From: an uncultured Candidatus Saccharimonas sp.
Lineage (GTDB): Bacteria; Patescibacteriota; Saccharimonadia; Saccharimonadales; Saccharimonadaceae
Assembly: GCA_964531915.1 (NCBI GenBank)
Contig: CAZHFQ010000001.1
Coordinates: 1 to 52,067, forward strand
Direction of reading: 5' to 3'
DNA length: 52,067 nt
The position numbers were made by a program, and so were the translations under genes. The first letter of the stretch is position 1, and each line of letters starts with the position of its first letter. The notes below the pieces were generated by a model. It made no database searches. It had not been told where the DNA came from and saw only the letters and a list, made by a program, of their open reading frames with translations. Of this stretch, positions 33,561 through 43,698 are shown piece after piece.

Positions 33561-34097
33561 ATGAAAAGTATCCAGAAAAAAAAGTCGCCCCTAACAATAA
33601 AAATAATAATCGTCTCTGTGATAATTATTATCGTTGCGGGTTCGTCGGTTGCAGGAATGTACATTACTCACACCGGAGTGTTTAAAGATTCTAATAATAC
33701 AAATACACCTACGAATGAGGTCGATACGAAAAATACACCTTCTGCGTCAACAACCCCAAACCCTAGCAAAACCCCTTTAAGCACACAGCCAACCAACGAC
33801 ACACAACCTAATACACTATCTGCGAGTATTACCTACACTAGAGAAAAAGATTCAAGTTTACAAATTGGTACGGTTATTGATGAGGTTACTTCGGGGGGAA
33901 CATGTAAGTTAACTCTAACGAAAGATGGTAAAAATGTAACAGACTCGGTCGGGATCCAGCCCCTAGCAAGTTCATCAACCTGCAAAGGCTTTGACATTCC
34001 AATCATAGAATTATCAAAAGGTGTTTGGGAGATTAAAATTGATATTTCAGCAGCATCAAAAGAAGCGCATTTAACAGGGTCTGTGAATGTAAATTAA
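33561..34097 (+). CDS. Membrane-anchored hypothetical protein with a T/P/S/N-rich linker
   Basis: An N-terminal TM helix and a low-complexity linker are followed by a ~90-aa C-terminal domain with two Cys residues. Confidence 0.5.
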   Translation: MKSIQKKKSPLTIKIIIVSVIIIIVAGSSVAGMYITHTGVFKDSNNTNTPTNEVDTKNTPSASTTPNPSKTPLSTQPTNDTQPNTLSASITYTREKDSSLQIGTVIDEVTSGGTCKLTLTKDGKNVTDSVGIQPLASSSTCKGFDIPIIELSKGVWEIKIDISAASKEAHLTGSVNVN

Positions 34098-34106
34098 GGA
34101 ATATAT

Positions 34107-36122
34107 ATGATAACCAAAGAGTTGAAAGTAAAAAAATACAAATTCCGTCCTATCGGCATAGTTGCCACTTTTGTTGTAGTTGTTTTTGGAATTTATTACT
34201 TCATCAACTTTACAGTTAATGCATCGACTACTGGTTGGATGGCTGGTAGGATTATTGATGACAGTGTATTCACAGCAAATAACTCCATGTCGGCCACGCA
34301 AATCCAATCATTTTTAAACGGAAAGGTTCCGAGTTGTGATACAAATGGAACCCAACCAGCATCTGATTTTGGACGTCCAGACTTAACGCACGCTCAGTAT
34401 GCCGCCCTCAGAGGCTGGCAAAAACCTCCGTACATCTGTTTGAAAAATTATAGTAACAGTGGTAAATCAGCTGCTCAACTAATTTACGATACCGCACAAA
34501 AGTATAGGATCAGTCCTAAGGTACTGATTGTATTGCTCCAAAAAGAACAAAGTCTTGTAACAGACACCTGGCCTTTAAATATACCACAATATAGGTCAGC
34601 GACTGGATACGGTTGCCCCGATACAGCCGCTTGTGATAGTACCTACTATGGATTACCCAACCAGCTTGACTGGGCGGGCAAAATGTACCGTGCAATACTG
34701 GACGACTCCCCCACATGGTACACTCCATATGAATTAGGTAATAATTATATCCGATACAACCCAAGTACATCATGTGGAGGTAGCAATGTATATATACAAA
34801 ATCGTGCGACCCAAGCGTTATATAATTACACGCCATACCAACCAAATTCTGCCACATTAAGTGCCGCTTGGGGGGCAACTGTAACCTGTGGAGCATATGG
34901 TAATTTGAATTTTTATCGTTATTATACAAAGTGGTTTGGAGCAACTACGTCTGTAGCAACATATGGTTATAGTGTGGTGTCAAAGGAATTTTATTCGGAT
35001 TACACATACAACACAAAAATTTCAAGCACCCCAACCATAGAACCAAACCAAACAGTTTATTTAAAACTGACTATTAAGAACACCGGCAACCAGACATGGT
35101 ACAGTGATAACTTGCGTATTGGCACACAAAACCCGGAAAATAGAGCATCCCCATTTTATGTAGCAGCAGGAAATGGTAATTGGATAAATGCTGGACGGCC
35201 AGCAACAATGAGTGGAACCAATTCTATCAACGGTGGAGAAACGGCAACGTTCCAATTTGCGATGAAAGCTCCCCCACACTTAGGAAGCTACGCTGAGTCG
35301 TTTGGTATTTTAATTGAGGGGTATCGCTGGGTAGGTGGTGCTTTTAGCATACCAATAAATGTTGCTTCGGCTAGCCTTTACTATATTAAGAAGTTGTCAT
35401 TTAGTGCCTACTCAGACAGCCAAATGACAAGAAAATTGGATCCGTCAAAAATTTCTCTATACACTAACTCGAAAATATATGCAAAAACAACCATAAAAAA
35501 TACCGGTAATCAGACATTACCAGCAAATCTGACAAAAATTGGGACTAGTAATCCCGAAAACAGAGCTAGCCCATATAGTGATGGCAGCTGGCTATCGTCT
35601 GGCCGAGCAGCCGTAGCTGATGAAGGAAGTATCGCCCCACAAAGCATTGGCAATTTTGTCTTTACAATGACTGCTCCAAATATCCCAATAGCACGTACTA
35701 CCGAACAATTTGGCTTGTTGATAGAGAACAAAATGTGGCTAAGTGATAATATTGGTTCTTTCTCTATACAAACAACAATTAGGCCCCCAATAGATTTGAC
35801 GAATGGACAATCGCTGAAAATAGGAGGCAAGTTACTTTCATCTAACGATAATTATGTATTAGTGCTCCAAGGAGATGGAAATTTAGTGTTATACTCCTAT
35901 GGTAAAGCTTTGTGGTCAAGCCGTACGGCAGGAAAAAGCGGGATAAGACTTGTTATGCAGGGGGATGGAAATCTTGTGCTTTACACCCAAAACGGGAAAC
36001 CTGTATGGAATAGCCGAACAGACGGTAAAGGGGTCTCGCAGTTATTTATGCAGGGGGATGGAAATCTTGTGCTTTACAACAATCAAGGCTATACATGGGC
36101 AAGCTGGACGGTTGGTAAATAA
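34107..36122 (+). CDS. Surface protein: TM anchor, cell-wall-enzyme-like domain, two repeated beta-sandwich modules and a C-terminal bulb-type (B-) lectin domain
   Basis: Three QxDxNxVxY lectin motifs are present: LQGDGNLVLYS, MQGDGNLVLYT and MQGDGNLVLYN. An internal duplication is KNTGNQTWYSDNLRIGTQNPENRASPF / KNTGNQTLPANLTKIGTSNPENRASPY. The N-terminal LIVLLQKEQSLVTD region resembles wall-hydrolase-associated domains, which is a weak match. Confidence 0.75.
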   Translation: MITKELKVKKYKFRPIGIVATFVVVVFGIYYFINFTVNASTTGWMAGRIIDDSVFTANNSMSATQIQSFLNGKVPSCDTNGTQPASDFGRPDLTHAQYAALRGWQKPPYICLKNYSNSGKSAAQLIYDTAQKYRISPKVLIVLLQKEQSLVTDTWPLNIPQYRSATGYGCPDTAACDSTYYGLPNQLDWAGKMYRAILDDSPTWYTPYELGNNYIRYNPSTSCGGSNVYIQNRATQALYNYTPYQPNSATLSAAWGATVTCGAYGNLNFYRYYTKWFGATTSVATYGYSVVSKEFYSDYTYNTKISSTPTIEPNQTVYLKLTIKNTGNQTWYSDNLRIGTQNPENRASPFYVAAGNGNWINAGRPATMSGTNSINGGETATFQFAMKAPPHLGSYAESFGILIEGYRWVGGAFSIPINVASASLYYIKKLSFSAYSDSQMTRKLDPSKISLYTNSKIYAKTTIKNTGNQTLPANLTKIGTSNPENRASPYSDGSWLSSGRAAVADEGSIAPQSIGNFVFTMTAPNIPIARTTEQFGLLIENKMWLSDNIGSFSIQTTIRPPIDLTNGQSLKIGGKLLSSNDNYVLVLQGDGNLVLYSYGKALWSSRTAGKSGIRLVMQGDGNLVLYTQNGKPVWNSRTDGKGVSQLFMQGDGNLVLYNNQGYTWASWTVGK

Positions 36123-36168
36123 ATATAAAGAAAGCTTTTTGCACATCTTCGTCTTGCATTACTAGACA

Positions 36169-37377
36169 ATGTGGCCAGACTTCAATGTATCTGTTATTAT
36201 AGCTTATATGTCGAGAAAGAAACAAACCATATTCTTTGATGGGCTGGGGTTAGTCGAGGGTCATTTTAGTGGAGTTGGACAATATATCCTAGGCATACTA
36301 CGAGGTATAGATAAAATTATTGATGACAAAAAAAACATGCAGGAACCATACCACAGAGTGAAGGTAATTATCCCCTATGACACTGTAGGTAAGTTCAAAT
36401 CATTCAAATTTAGAAACATCGAGTATAAACCAGCGCCAATACCATTTAGAATCATGAGCGTCTTATGGTCAAGAAATAAATTACCACCTATTGATTTATT
36501 TTGTGGAAAAGGCTTTTACGTTTTCCCTCGGTTCGTATCAATGCCTTTGCTTTTTAGTAAATCAGCCATTGTTATATATGACATATCGTTCGAACTTTGC
36601 CGTGAATTTTCTAATGAGGAAAATGCCAAGTTTCTTTCTAGTTCAGTTAAAAAGTCTATCAACTCTAGTAATAAAATAATAACTATTTCCAAAAATGCAA
36701 AAAAAGAAATAGTTAATTTTTATAATGTAAACAATAACGACGTTGCTGTTGCAACCCCTGCGGCTGACCCATATTTTTTATATCGTAGGAGCAATTCAGA
36801 GATTGAAAACATAAAACGTAAATATGGTATTGAAGGTGATTATATTCTTGCCCTTTCTAATCTTGAGCCACGAAAAAATTTGGGCTCATTAGTTGAAGCC
36901 TTCTGCAGACTACCGAAAAAACTAACTAATCAAAATTCTTTATTATTAGTTGGGGTTAATGGCTGGAAAACAGATCAGTTATTCGATGATATTGTAGATA
37001 AAGTTAAGGAAGGATATAAAATCATTCGCCCTTCTCAATACGTAAGCGATGAGGATAAGGCTGCAATTATATCTGGTGCAAAAGTCTTGGTCTACCCAAG
37101 CCACTACGAAGGTTTTGGCATGCCCCCTCTTGAAGCATTATCATGCGGCACACCTGTTATAACAGCCGACAACTCCTCGCTCCCCGAAGTAGTCGGTGAG
37201 GCCAAATTTATGGTTAATAGTCACGACATCAACGGAATCAAAAATAAGATAATCGAGGTACTAAATAAACCTAGTATTCAAAACCTCGCAATCACAACTG
37301 GGCCTGAAAGAGCCAAACTATTCTCGTGGGAAAAGAGTGCTCAAACGTTTATTGACATAGCCGAGGGAAAGATATGA
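36169..37377 (+). CDS. GT4 glycosyltransferase
   Basis: The signature is YEGFGMPPLEALSCGTPVITADNSSLPEVVGEA. The start may be Met14 (36208). A 4-nt overlap links it to the next gene. Confidence 0.8.
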   Translation: MWPDFNVSVIIAYMSRKKQTIFFDGLGLVEGHFSGVGQYILGILRGIDKIIDDKKNMQEPYHRVKVIIPYDTVGKFKSFKFRNIEYKPAPIPFRIMSVLWSRNKLPPIDLFCGKGFYVFPRFVSMPLLFSKSAIVIYDISFELCREFSNEENAKFLSSSVKKSINSSNKIITISKNAKKEIVNFYNVNNNDVAVATPAADPYFLYRRSNSEIENIKRKYGIEGDYILALSNLEPRKNLGSLVEAFCRLPKKLTNQNSLLLVGVNGWKTDQLFDDIVDKVKEGYKIIRPSQYVSDEDKAAIISGAKVLVYPSHYEGFGMPPLEALSCGTPVITADNSSLPEVVGEAKFMVNSHDINGIKNKIIEVLNKPSIQNLAITTGPERAKLFSWEKSAQTFIDIAEGKI

Positions 37378-38687
37378 AAATAGGGATTGATATATCTTCC
37401 CTTCAAGGTCTCCATAGAATGAGGGGCATTGGTTATGTAACAAATCATTTTATTAAAAACATCCCCAACCAATCCCCTGACACATTTGTTTTTTATATAT
37501 ATAAAAATGGAAGGAAAATCATTGACAAAGAAATACTCAAAAATATCTCCTTAGAGTCAAGTGACTACGAAGTTAGATGTATGAGTCCACCAAATGACAA
37601 AAGAGGTGAATTCACTGGTAGATTAAAATATTTGTTTAAATCATTTTCTAAACCTAAGACTTTAGCAAGCTACATACTTGGCTCGCATAAATATGGTAAT
37701 GTTAAAGACCTTGACGCTTTCATCCAATTGGACCAAAGTGAACCACTCGCAAGATTACGCAAAGGTGCTAAAAATTATTTTATTGCCTATGATCTTATAC
37801 CTTATGTGTTAGAAAAAGATTATTTATGGGGATATCACACCGCAAGATTGAACGGTAAGAAAAGACTTGGAGCAATAAAATGTGTCGTTAAACGCTATAT
37901 GTATATATGGAAATTAAAGATTAACACTAAGAAGGCACATAAGGTTATTGCAATTTCTAAAGCTACAAAATATGACTTTGAAAAAATTTTGAAAGTGCCT
38001 TCTAAAAAAATCGAGGTTATAAGCTTGGGAATAGATAACACTAGCGCACAAAACAAGAAAATTAATAGTGACGGCTTGGTTGATCGATATTACTACACTC
38101 CCTGGGGGTATATAACAAAAAGAGATTCATTAAAAAATGTAGACTTCCTCCTTTTCGTTGGTGGTGTGGACCCAAGACGAAAATTAGACGATGTTGTCAC
38201 AGCGTTCAATCACCTTAGAGGGCAGGGTAAAGACATTAAATTGGTATTGTCGGGCGATGTGATGAAAGGGCCACTAGTTATTGACACTGAACCAGTCCGT
38301 AAGGCGCTGTTGGACTCATCATATTATGACGATATATATTTTCTCGGTTTCACTAGTGATGAAAAAAGGGATTGGTTATACAGTAAAGCTTTGGCTTTTA
38401 TTTTCCCTAGTATTTATGAAGGGGTTGGCTTGCCAGTGTTAGAAGCTATGAGATATCATACCCCCGTGATTGCCTACGACAACAAGGCTGTTAGAGAGGT
38501 TGCTGGAGATTGTCCAATTTACGCTAACGACCCATTGTCTATAGTTGAAGCAGTTAAAAAGCTACTTAGCTATAAAGAGAAAGAAATAAATAAACTTACT
38601 GACAAAGCGTACTATCAATCTTTAAAATACACATGGGGAAAGACAGCCAAATCAATTCTTGAAATTGTTTCGGGGGACAAATCCTAA
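37374..38687 (+). CDS. GT4 glycosyltransferase
   Basis: The signature is YEGVGLPVLEAMRYHTPVIAYDNKAVREVAGD. Confidence 0.75.
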   Translation: MKIGIDISSLQGLHRMRGIGYVTNHFIKNIPNQSPDTFVFYIYKNGRKIIDKEILKNISLESSDYEVRCMSPPNDKRGEFTGRLKYLFKSFSKPKTLASYILGSHKYGNVKDLDAFIQLDQSEPLARLRKGAKNYFIAYDLIPYVLEKDYLWGYHTARLNGKKRLGAIKCVVKRYMYIWKLKINTKKAHKVIAISKATKYDFEKILKVPSKKIEVISLGIDNTSAQNKKINSDGLVDRYYYTPWGYITKRDSLKNVDFLLFVGGVDPRRKLDDVVTAFNHLRGQGKDIKLVLSGDVMKGPLVIDTEPVRKALLDSSYYDDIYFLGFTSDEKRDWLYSKALAFIFPSIYEGVGLPVLEAMRYHTPVIAYDNKAVREVAGDCPIYANDPLSIVEAVKKLLSYKEKEINKLTDKAYYQSLKYTWGKTAKSILEIVSGDKS

Positions 38688-38696
38688 ATACTATTA

Positions 38697-39593
38697 CTAT
38701 TTAGGCCCGCTTTTTTTATATCGGAACCAATCAACCGTAAGACCATATAGACTCCTCTTGAGTCTATTACTATATCCCACCCCTTTTAAAGACAATTGGT
38801 TATCTTGAATAAGTTTTTGGTTTTCATCACGTAGTTTTTGTACTAAATCGAAGTGAACTTGATTTAGCCTTGTCACTTTTTTTAGCTGTCCCATGATGTG
38901 GACAATGTTATCGTAATGGTGTTTTTTTAACGATTGGTGTGATAGCTTCACGACAGTATCCGCAAAATTATCTGTTCTGTACCACGATTCTTCTGCAATA
39001 TAATACTCATTTAAACCGTCTTTAATAAAACATTTGTATTGATTTTTTGTTAATACTTGCCGCCATAAACCTTTACAGTGATTTGATTCGATACATACGA
39101 CCTCAGGACGATATAAGATCCAATCATTCCCCTTGATAACATCGCTTTCAAACCCTTCTACATCGATTTTGAGAAAATTTATCTTTTTAACATTATTCGA
39201 TTTGAATACATCTTTTAGGGTTTTTACCTTTACTTTATATTTATTAACCTCGTCTTTTTTAAGGTTACTGACCATGCCTCTATCAAAACTTGAATGGCCT
39301 GGCATTGTTTTGTTTTCAAAAAAAGCAAGCTCGCCACTTTTATCACCAATACCGATATTTAGATTTATATCATCTGGCCTATCCTTTTCGAGTAGCCTAT
39401 ATAGTGATGGGATTGGCTCAATATTAATACCCCTCCACCCTTTTTCGTAAAAGATTTTCGTAACCGAATCCATAACTGGGTAGTTTGCTCCTACATCCAC
39501 ATAAAACCCGTTATCTACGTTCAATAATAAAGCGAGAATAATTATATCCTCATTATATTGCGCATAAGACGGAAATGGGTTTAGCAAAATCAT
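38697..39593 (-). CDS. FkbM-family methyltransferase
   Basis: FYVDVGANYPVMDSVTKIFYEKGWRGINIEP...IGIGDKSGELAFF follows the Methyltransf_21 pattern. Confidence 0.75.
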   Translation of the reverse strand: MILLNPFPSYAQYNEDIIILALLLNVDNGFYVDVGANYPVMDSVTKIFYEKGWRGINIEPIPSLYRLLEKDRPDDINLNIGIGDKSGELAFFENKTMPGHSSFDRGMVSNLKKDEVNKYKVKVKTLKDVFKSNNVKKINFLKIDVEGFESDVIKGNDWILYRPEVVCIESNHCKGLWRQVLTKNQYKCFIKDGLNEYYIAEESWYRTDNFADTVVKLSHQSLKKHHYDNIVHIMGQLKKVTRLNQVHFDLVQKLRDENQKLIQDNQLSLKGVGYSNRLKRSLYGLTVDWFRYKKSGPK

Positions 39594-39703
39594 AGTAGCC
39601 TACTTGGTGATTTAAAAACTTTTTTTACACTCGACAAAAGAGCTGCGATGATAATATCTTCATAATCCTGCACATATACTGTAATTATATCTTTATTTAA
39701 CAT
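39590..39703 (-). CDS. Possible 37-aa small ORF wedged between the two methyltransferase genes
   Basis: Own translation gives MLNKDIITVYVQDYEDIIIAALLSSVKKVFKSPSRLL. The ATG lies 2 nt after the upstream stop, and its TGA overlaps the downstream ATG (ATGA). It is supported only by this tight coupling. Confidence 0.25.
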   Translation of the reverse strand: MLNKDIITVYVQDYEDIIIAALLSSVKKVFKSPSRLL

Positions 39704-39705
39704 GA

Positions 39706-40707
39706 TTATTTCACCTTCTTTGTTAATAAATCATAGGCCTTTACGATAGACTCCAAGTCCTTTTCATAAGATCTAAACAGTGAATTATTTGAAGAATTTA
39801 TGGAGGTTTCTATATGAAAATCTTTATCGGCCTCACAAAAAGACGCGACTATAAGACCGTCTCCGCTAAATGACTCCGTGACATTATGCTCTGAGATGAT
39901 ATACCCTCCATGTTTTTTTATCCACCTTAGGCACTGCAGATGTGTAGATGGGGCCCCAGATATTGAATAGTGGTGTGTAGAGACAAACACAAACCTAAGG
40001 GACTTCATCCTAATAGCGCCTGTCGCACCCTCTAGTGCCATCATTTCAGACCCCTGAACATCGATATGTAATACTGATAAATTATTAACCTCATATTCTT
40101 TCATCAACCCGTCGACAGTCCGAATAATAGTTTTAACAGTACCTCTGTAATCAGAGGAATCCGGTTTGAATGATACGCCTTTTTTATCTAGTGATCCTGC
40201 AGCAGACTGAACAAACTCTATATTTAAATTATTTAATTCAGCGTTGTTTTTCCCAACATTAATATTTAACGGATCAGGTTCGCATGCAATAACTAGTGAT
40301 TTGGGGAAATTTTTTTTAAACCATAATGAATAATAAGACCAAAACGCACCTAATTCAATCATTGAACCAGGATTTTTAAGCCTTTTTAATACCTCATAAT
40401 AAAGTTTTTCCTCTTGAGGTTCATGGTGCCCTCTTAAATTTAATATTATTTCAGACATCCAAGAACCAAAATATCCTCCACTTTCAACCTTTATGCCATT
40501 GTGCATAATCTGGACTTCTTTTTTGTCACATTTTTCAATTTTACCCGCATTCGATACTTTTGGTATGTAATCGGTGTCCCTGCAACTAATGGTCATTTTT
40601 ACTCTTTGCTTATTATTCATTACGCACGGGTTTTCACTATTTAATATATCTAGAGAATTTTGATAAATATCGTTATTTTTTTTCGAAAGTTTTGTCAATA
40701 TGTTCAT
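39706..40707 (-). CDS. FkbM-like SAM-dependent methyltransferase
   Basis: MIELGAFWSYYSLWF...ACEPDPLNINVGKNNAELNNL...IDVQGSEMMAL has the same fold signature as FkbM-family enzymes. A 4-nt overlap links it to the ABC ATPase gene. Confidence 0.6.
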   Translation of the reverse strand: MNILTKLSKKNNDIYQNSLDILNSENPCVMNNKQRVKMTISCRDTDYIPKVSNAGKIEKCDKKEVQIMHNGIKVESGGYFGSWMSEIILNLRGHHEPQEEKLYYEVLKRLKNPGSMIELGAFWSYYSLWFKKNFPKSLVIACEPDPLNINVGKNNAELNNLNIEFVQSAAGSLDKKGVSFKPDSSDYRGTVKTIIRTVDGLMKEYEVNNLSVLHIDVQGSEMMALEGATGAIRMKSLRFVFVSTHHYSISGAPSTHLQCLRWIKKHGGYIISEHNVTESFSGDGLIVASFCEADKDFHIETSINSSNNSLFRSYEKDLESIVKAYDLLTKKVK

Positions 40708-41912
40708 AGTTTAGACCTTTTTTCATTCTTATAAACTACTGTTGGTGAGACAATGTAAGGCGTGTTCGATTGATTATTGATAGAAAAACGAATAACATTA
40801 CTCCACCAATCATAAGTAGTCACACCATCACTTGACGTAATTGACACCGTTAATAAATATTCGCCACTACTGAATATATTCGCCAAGCCCCATTCTATTT
40901 TGTTTATAGTATTATTCTCTACAATATCAGATTTCTTAGTTGAGATTAAACTACTTGTACCGACCACTGGTTCTCCAGCTTGATTCTCAATCAAAAAACC
41001 ATATATAACATTACTATGGGAGCCACTAGACTCTGACTCTACCATAATAGTTATTTTATCACTTTCAATATTAATTTTGGGGGGGGCTTTATATTGAATC
41101 TGGGCATTCCCCCACCGTTGATCTTTTGTGCCTTGCCTAACAATACTTTCATTAAACATTTTTACATATGCCTCTGCTACTTTTTCTGTCGATCCATGGT
41201 CTTTAATGACTGAATCATCTACTAATATAACTCTATCGCAATACTCCCTTATAGCCCCCATATCATGACTAACAAAAATTACTGTTTTTTTATCTTTTTT
41301 TAACTTTTTAAAGTATTGGAAGCATTTACGTTGAAAATCGGCGTCACCTACGGCCAATACTTCGTCAATTAGCAAAATATCTGATTCGGCTAATATAGTT
41401 GCGACCGAAAATGCTAAACGAACTTGCATACCACTACTGTAATTCTTGAGTTTTTGATCCATAAACCGCTCTAATTCCGCGAAATCAACAATTGATGAAT
41501 ATTTTGCATCAACCTCTTTTTCCGAAAAACCCAGTAGCGCCCCGTTAAGATAGGTATTCTCACGTCCTGTTAGTTCTGGGTTAAATCCAACTCCTAATTC
41601 GATAAATGGTACAAGTCTACCGTTAACAGACACTTTTCCTTTATTCGGTTGGTAAATGCCAGAGATAATTTTTAAAAGTGTACTTTTGCCGCTGCCATTG
41701 CGTCCAACAATACCAAAAAATTCACCTTTTTTAACATCAAAAGATATATTTTTTAACGCATGTTGGATTTCTGTTTTTTTTCTATTTTTGCTAAAAGGAT
41801 TTACAAAAAGACTTTTAACGCTGTCGGCCTTTTCGTGCGGCAGACTAAAATTCTTTGAGACACTCTTTACACTAATAGCTATTTCGTCTTCCATGTTATA
41901 TCTCCTCCGCAA
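40704..41912 (-). CDS. Polysaccharide/teichoic-acid ABC exporter ATPase (Wzt/TagH-like) with a C-terminal extra domain
   Basis: It has Walker A GRNGSGKST, the signature YSSGMQVRLAF and Walker B LLIDEVLAVGD. About 150 aa of additional C-terminal beta-rich sequence sits in the position of the Wzt carbohydrate-binding domain. Confidence 0.85.
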   Translation of the reverse strand: MRRRYNMEDEIAISVKSVSKNFSLPHEKADSVKSLFVNPFSKNRKKTEIQHALKNISFDVKKGEFFGIVGRNGSGKSTLLKIISGIYQPNKGKVSVNGRLVPFIELGVGFNPELTGRENTYLNGALLGFSEKEVDAKYSSIVDFAELERFMDQKLKNYSSGMQVRLAFSVATILAESDILLIDEVLAVGDADFQRKCFQYFKKLKKDKKTVIFVSHDMGAIREYCDRVILVDDSVIKDHGSTEKVAEAYVKMFNESIVRQGTKDQRWGNAQIQYKAPPKINIESDKITIMVESESSGSHSNVIYGFLIENQAGEPVVGTSSLISTKKSDIVENNTINKIEWGLANIFSSGEYLLTVSITSSDGVTTYDWWSNVIRFSINNQSNTPYIVSPTVVYKNEKRSKL

Positions 41913-42717
41913 AACTAGGTGATTTTTTTCTGAAATAAAACACGCCTACAACAGCGACCACAACCACAATAGTTAACGGTATAAGTCGTGCATAAGTGCT
42001 GCCGTAAATCCCAGCAATGGTCAAAGTATCTGATGTAATAACCATATACCGGGCGTCTTGTATTATTTGAGCGATGGGGCTTAGCATCATTAATTTTGCA
42101 GCCATAGGGGATATCGCAACAACCAACGCAATTGGGTAAAGGATAGGGGTAGCATAAAAACCAGCCTGTAGGACGACTTCCCATATGTAATTGATATCCC
42201 TAAATCGAACATATAGTGCACTAAGAATAAATGCTATAGATAAAGAAAATATAAATAACTCAGTAATCAAAGGGATTAACCACAGAATATTCAACGTAAA
42301 TGAAACGTTATTGATAACCATAAAAATCGCAATCACTAAAAGATTAACTGCAAGGTTAATCATTGCAGAAAAAGAACCGGAAACGACGACCACATAACGT
42401 GGGAAAGATAATTTACGTAGCAAATCGCCCTTTCCCACAATCGCAGACACACCATTAAATGTTACCTCTACAAAATAATTCCAAAAAACAATCCCTAACA
42501 GCAAATACACGGCATAATGCGGAACGTCCCCACCGATACGAAGAAAATTAACAAAAACGACATAAAGTACGGCAAAAAGTCCAAGGGGTCTTAACAATGT
42601 CCAAATATAGCCAAGGACTGAGCCTTTGTAGCGAATCTTGAAATCAGTTATCACAAGTTGCCTTAGCAAGATAATTGAATAACGATAACGTTGTTTGAGT
42701 TTTTCAAAAAATTCCAC
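41896..42717 (-). CDS. ABC-2 type exporter permease (Wzm/TagG-like)
   Basis: ITDFKIRYKGSVLGYIWTLLRPL and six hydrophobic helices are present. It overlaps the ATPase gene. Confidence 0.85.
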   Translation of the reverse strand: MEFFEKLKQRYRYSIILLRQLVITDFKIRYKGSVLGYIWTLLRPLGLFAVLYVVFVNFLRIGGDVPHYAVYLLLGIVFWNYFVEVTFNGVSAIVGKGDLLRKLSFPRYVVVVSGSFSAMINLAVNLLVIAIFMVINNVSFTLNILWLIPLITELFIFSLSIAFILSALYVRFRDINYIWEVVLQAGFYATPILYPIALVVAISPMAAKLMMLSPIAQIIQDARYMVITSDTLTIAGIYGSTYARLIPLTIVVVVAVVGVFYFRKKSPSFAEEI

Positions 42718-42771
42718 AGTAGCCCTTATTATAGTGACAATTTCACCTTAAATCAATGTTATACTGAACTA

Positions 42772-43695
42772 GTGGACAAAGAAAAAGTAGTTATTTCTGG
42801 AGTAAATGGTTTTGTCGGCCATCACTTGACCCGAGAATTATACAGTGCGGGTTTATTGGTTGTAGGTATCGGGCAAGAAGCAGTTGTTAATTCTGATATC
42901 TCGGATATTGTTAGCGAATACCACCAGGCTAACCTAGTGGAAGAATGGCCAATTATCCCAGACGCCAAAGCTGTTATACACCTTGCCGGACTAGCCGCCG
43001 TGTCGCCATCGTTTGAAAAGCCGCAAGTTTATATAAATGCAAATAGTTCGATGGTGACGAACCTTTGTGAATATTATATAAAGCAAGAAAGCCGACCGCG
43101 GATTGTTATTATCAGTAGCGGTGCAATATATAGTCCAAATCAACCAATACCAATAAAAGAAAGTGGCGAAATAGGTTTTTCATCACCATACGCTGTCAGC
43201 AAAGTGCTGAACGAAAACCAAGTAGCATATTATCGAAACCGTGGATTAGACTGCGTCATAGCTAGGCCTTTCAACCATATAGGTCCGGGACAAGCAAAGG
43301 GATTTATTTTGCCAGACTTTTACGGTCGCCTGGCATCAATTGGCAAGGATGAACACACAATAATTACCGGCAACATTGAAACTAGGCGAGATTACACAGA
43401 TGTTCGAGATATTGCCAGAGCATACAGCAAATTGGCACTAGCGCCAGAATTAAAAGACAGTATTTACAATATCTGTTCAGGCACCAGTTTGTCGGGCGCT
43501 GAAATCTTTAATGAGCTAAAGCAAGCTATGGGATTAAAAGATGTGAGCTATAAGATCGACCCTTCGCTTGTAAGACCGACAGATGTTAAAGATATCGTAG
43601 GCGACTCACTTCGTTTAAGGAACGAGCTTGGTTGGAATCCAGAAATTGATATTCACCAAACGATTAAAGATTTCGTTAAGTCAAAACAGCGATAA
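42772..43695 (+). CDS. NAD-dependent epimerase/dehydratase-family reductase (GDP-4-keto-6-deoxymannose reductase/Rmd-like)
   Basis: It has the Rossmann fold VVISGVNGFVGHHLTREL and the catalytic YAVSK, and lies in a gmd neighbourhood. The start is uncertain. The track uses TTG 42691, which would overlap the divergent permease gene, whereas GTG 42772 gives a normal length. Confidence 0.6.
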   Translation: MDKEKVVISGVNGFVGHHLTRELYSAGLLVVGIGQEAVVNSDISDIVSEYHQANLVEEWPIIPDAKAVIHLAGLAAVSPSFEKPQVYINANSSMVTNLCEYYIKQESRPRIVIISSGAIYSPNQPIPIKESGEIGFSSPYAVSKVLNENQVAYYRNRGLDCVIARPFNHIGPGQAKGFILPDFYGRLASIGKDEHTIITGNIETRRDYTDVRDIARAYSKLALAPELKDSIYNICSGTSLSGAEIFNELKQAMGLKDVSYKIDPSLVRPTDVKDIVGDSLRLRNELGWNPEIDIHQTIKDFVKSKQR

Positions 43696-43698
43696 TAC

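Noticed and set aside
34516-35830. Minus-strand ORFs (142, 72 and 106 aa) inside the lectin-protein gene
   Set aside because: They are antisense to a long ORF with clear domain signatures, and their products are Cys/His-rich nonsense-like sequences.
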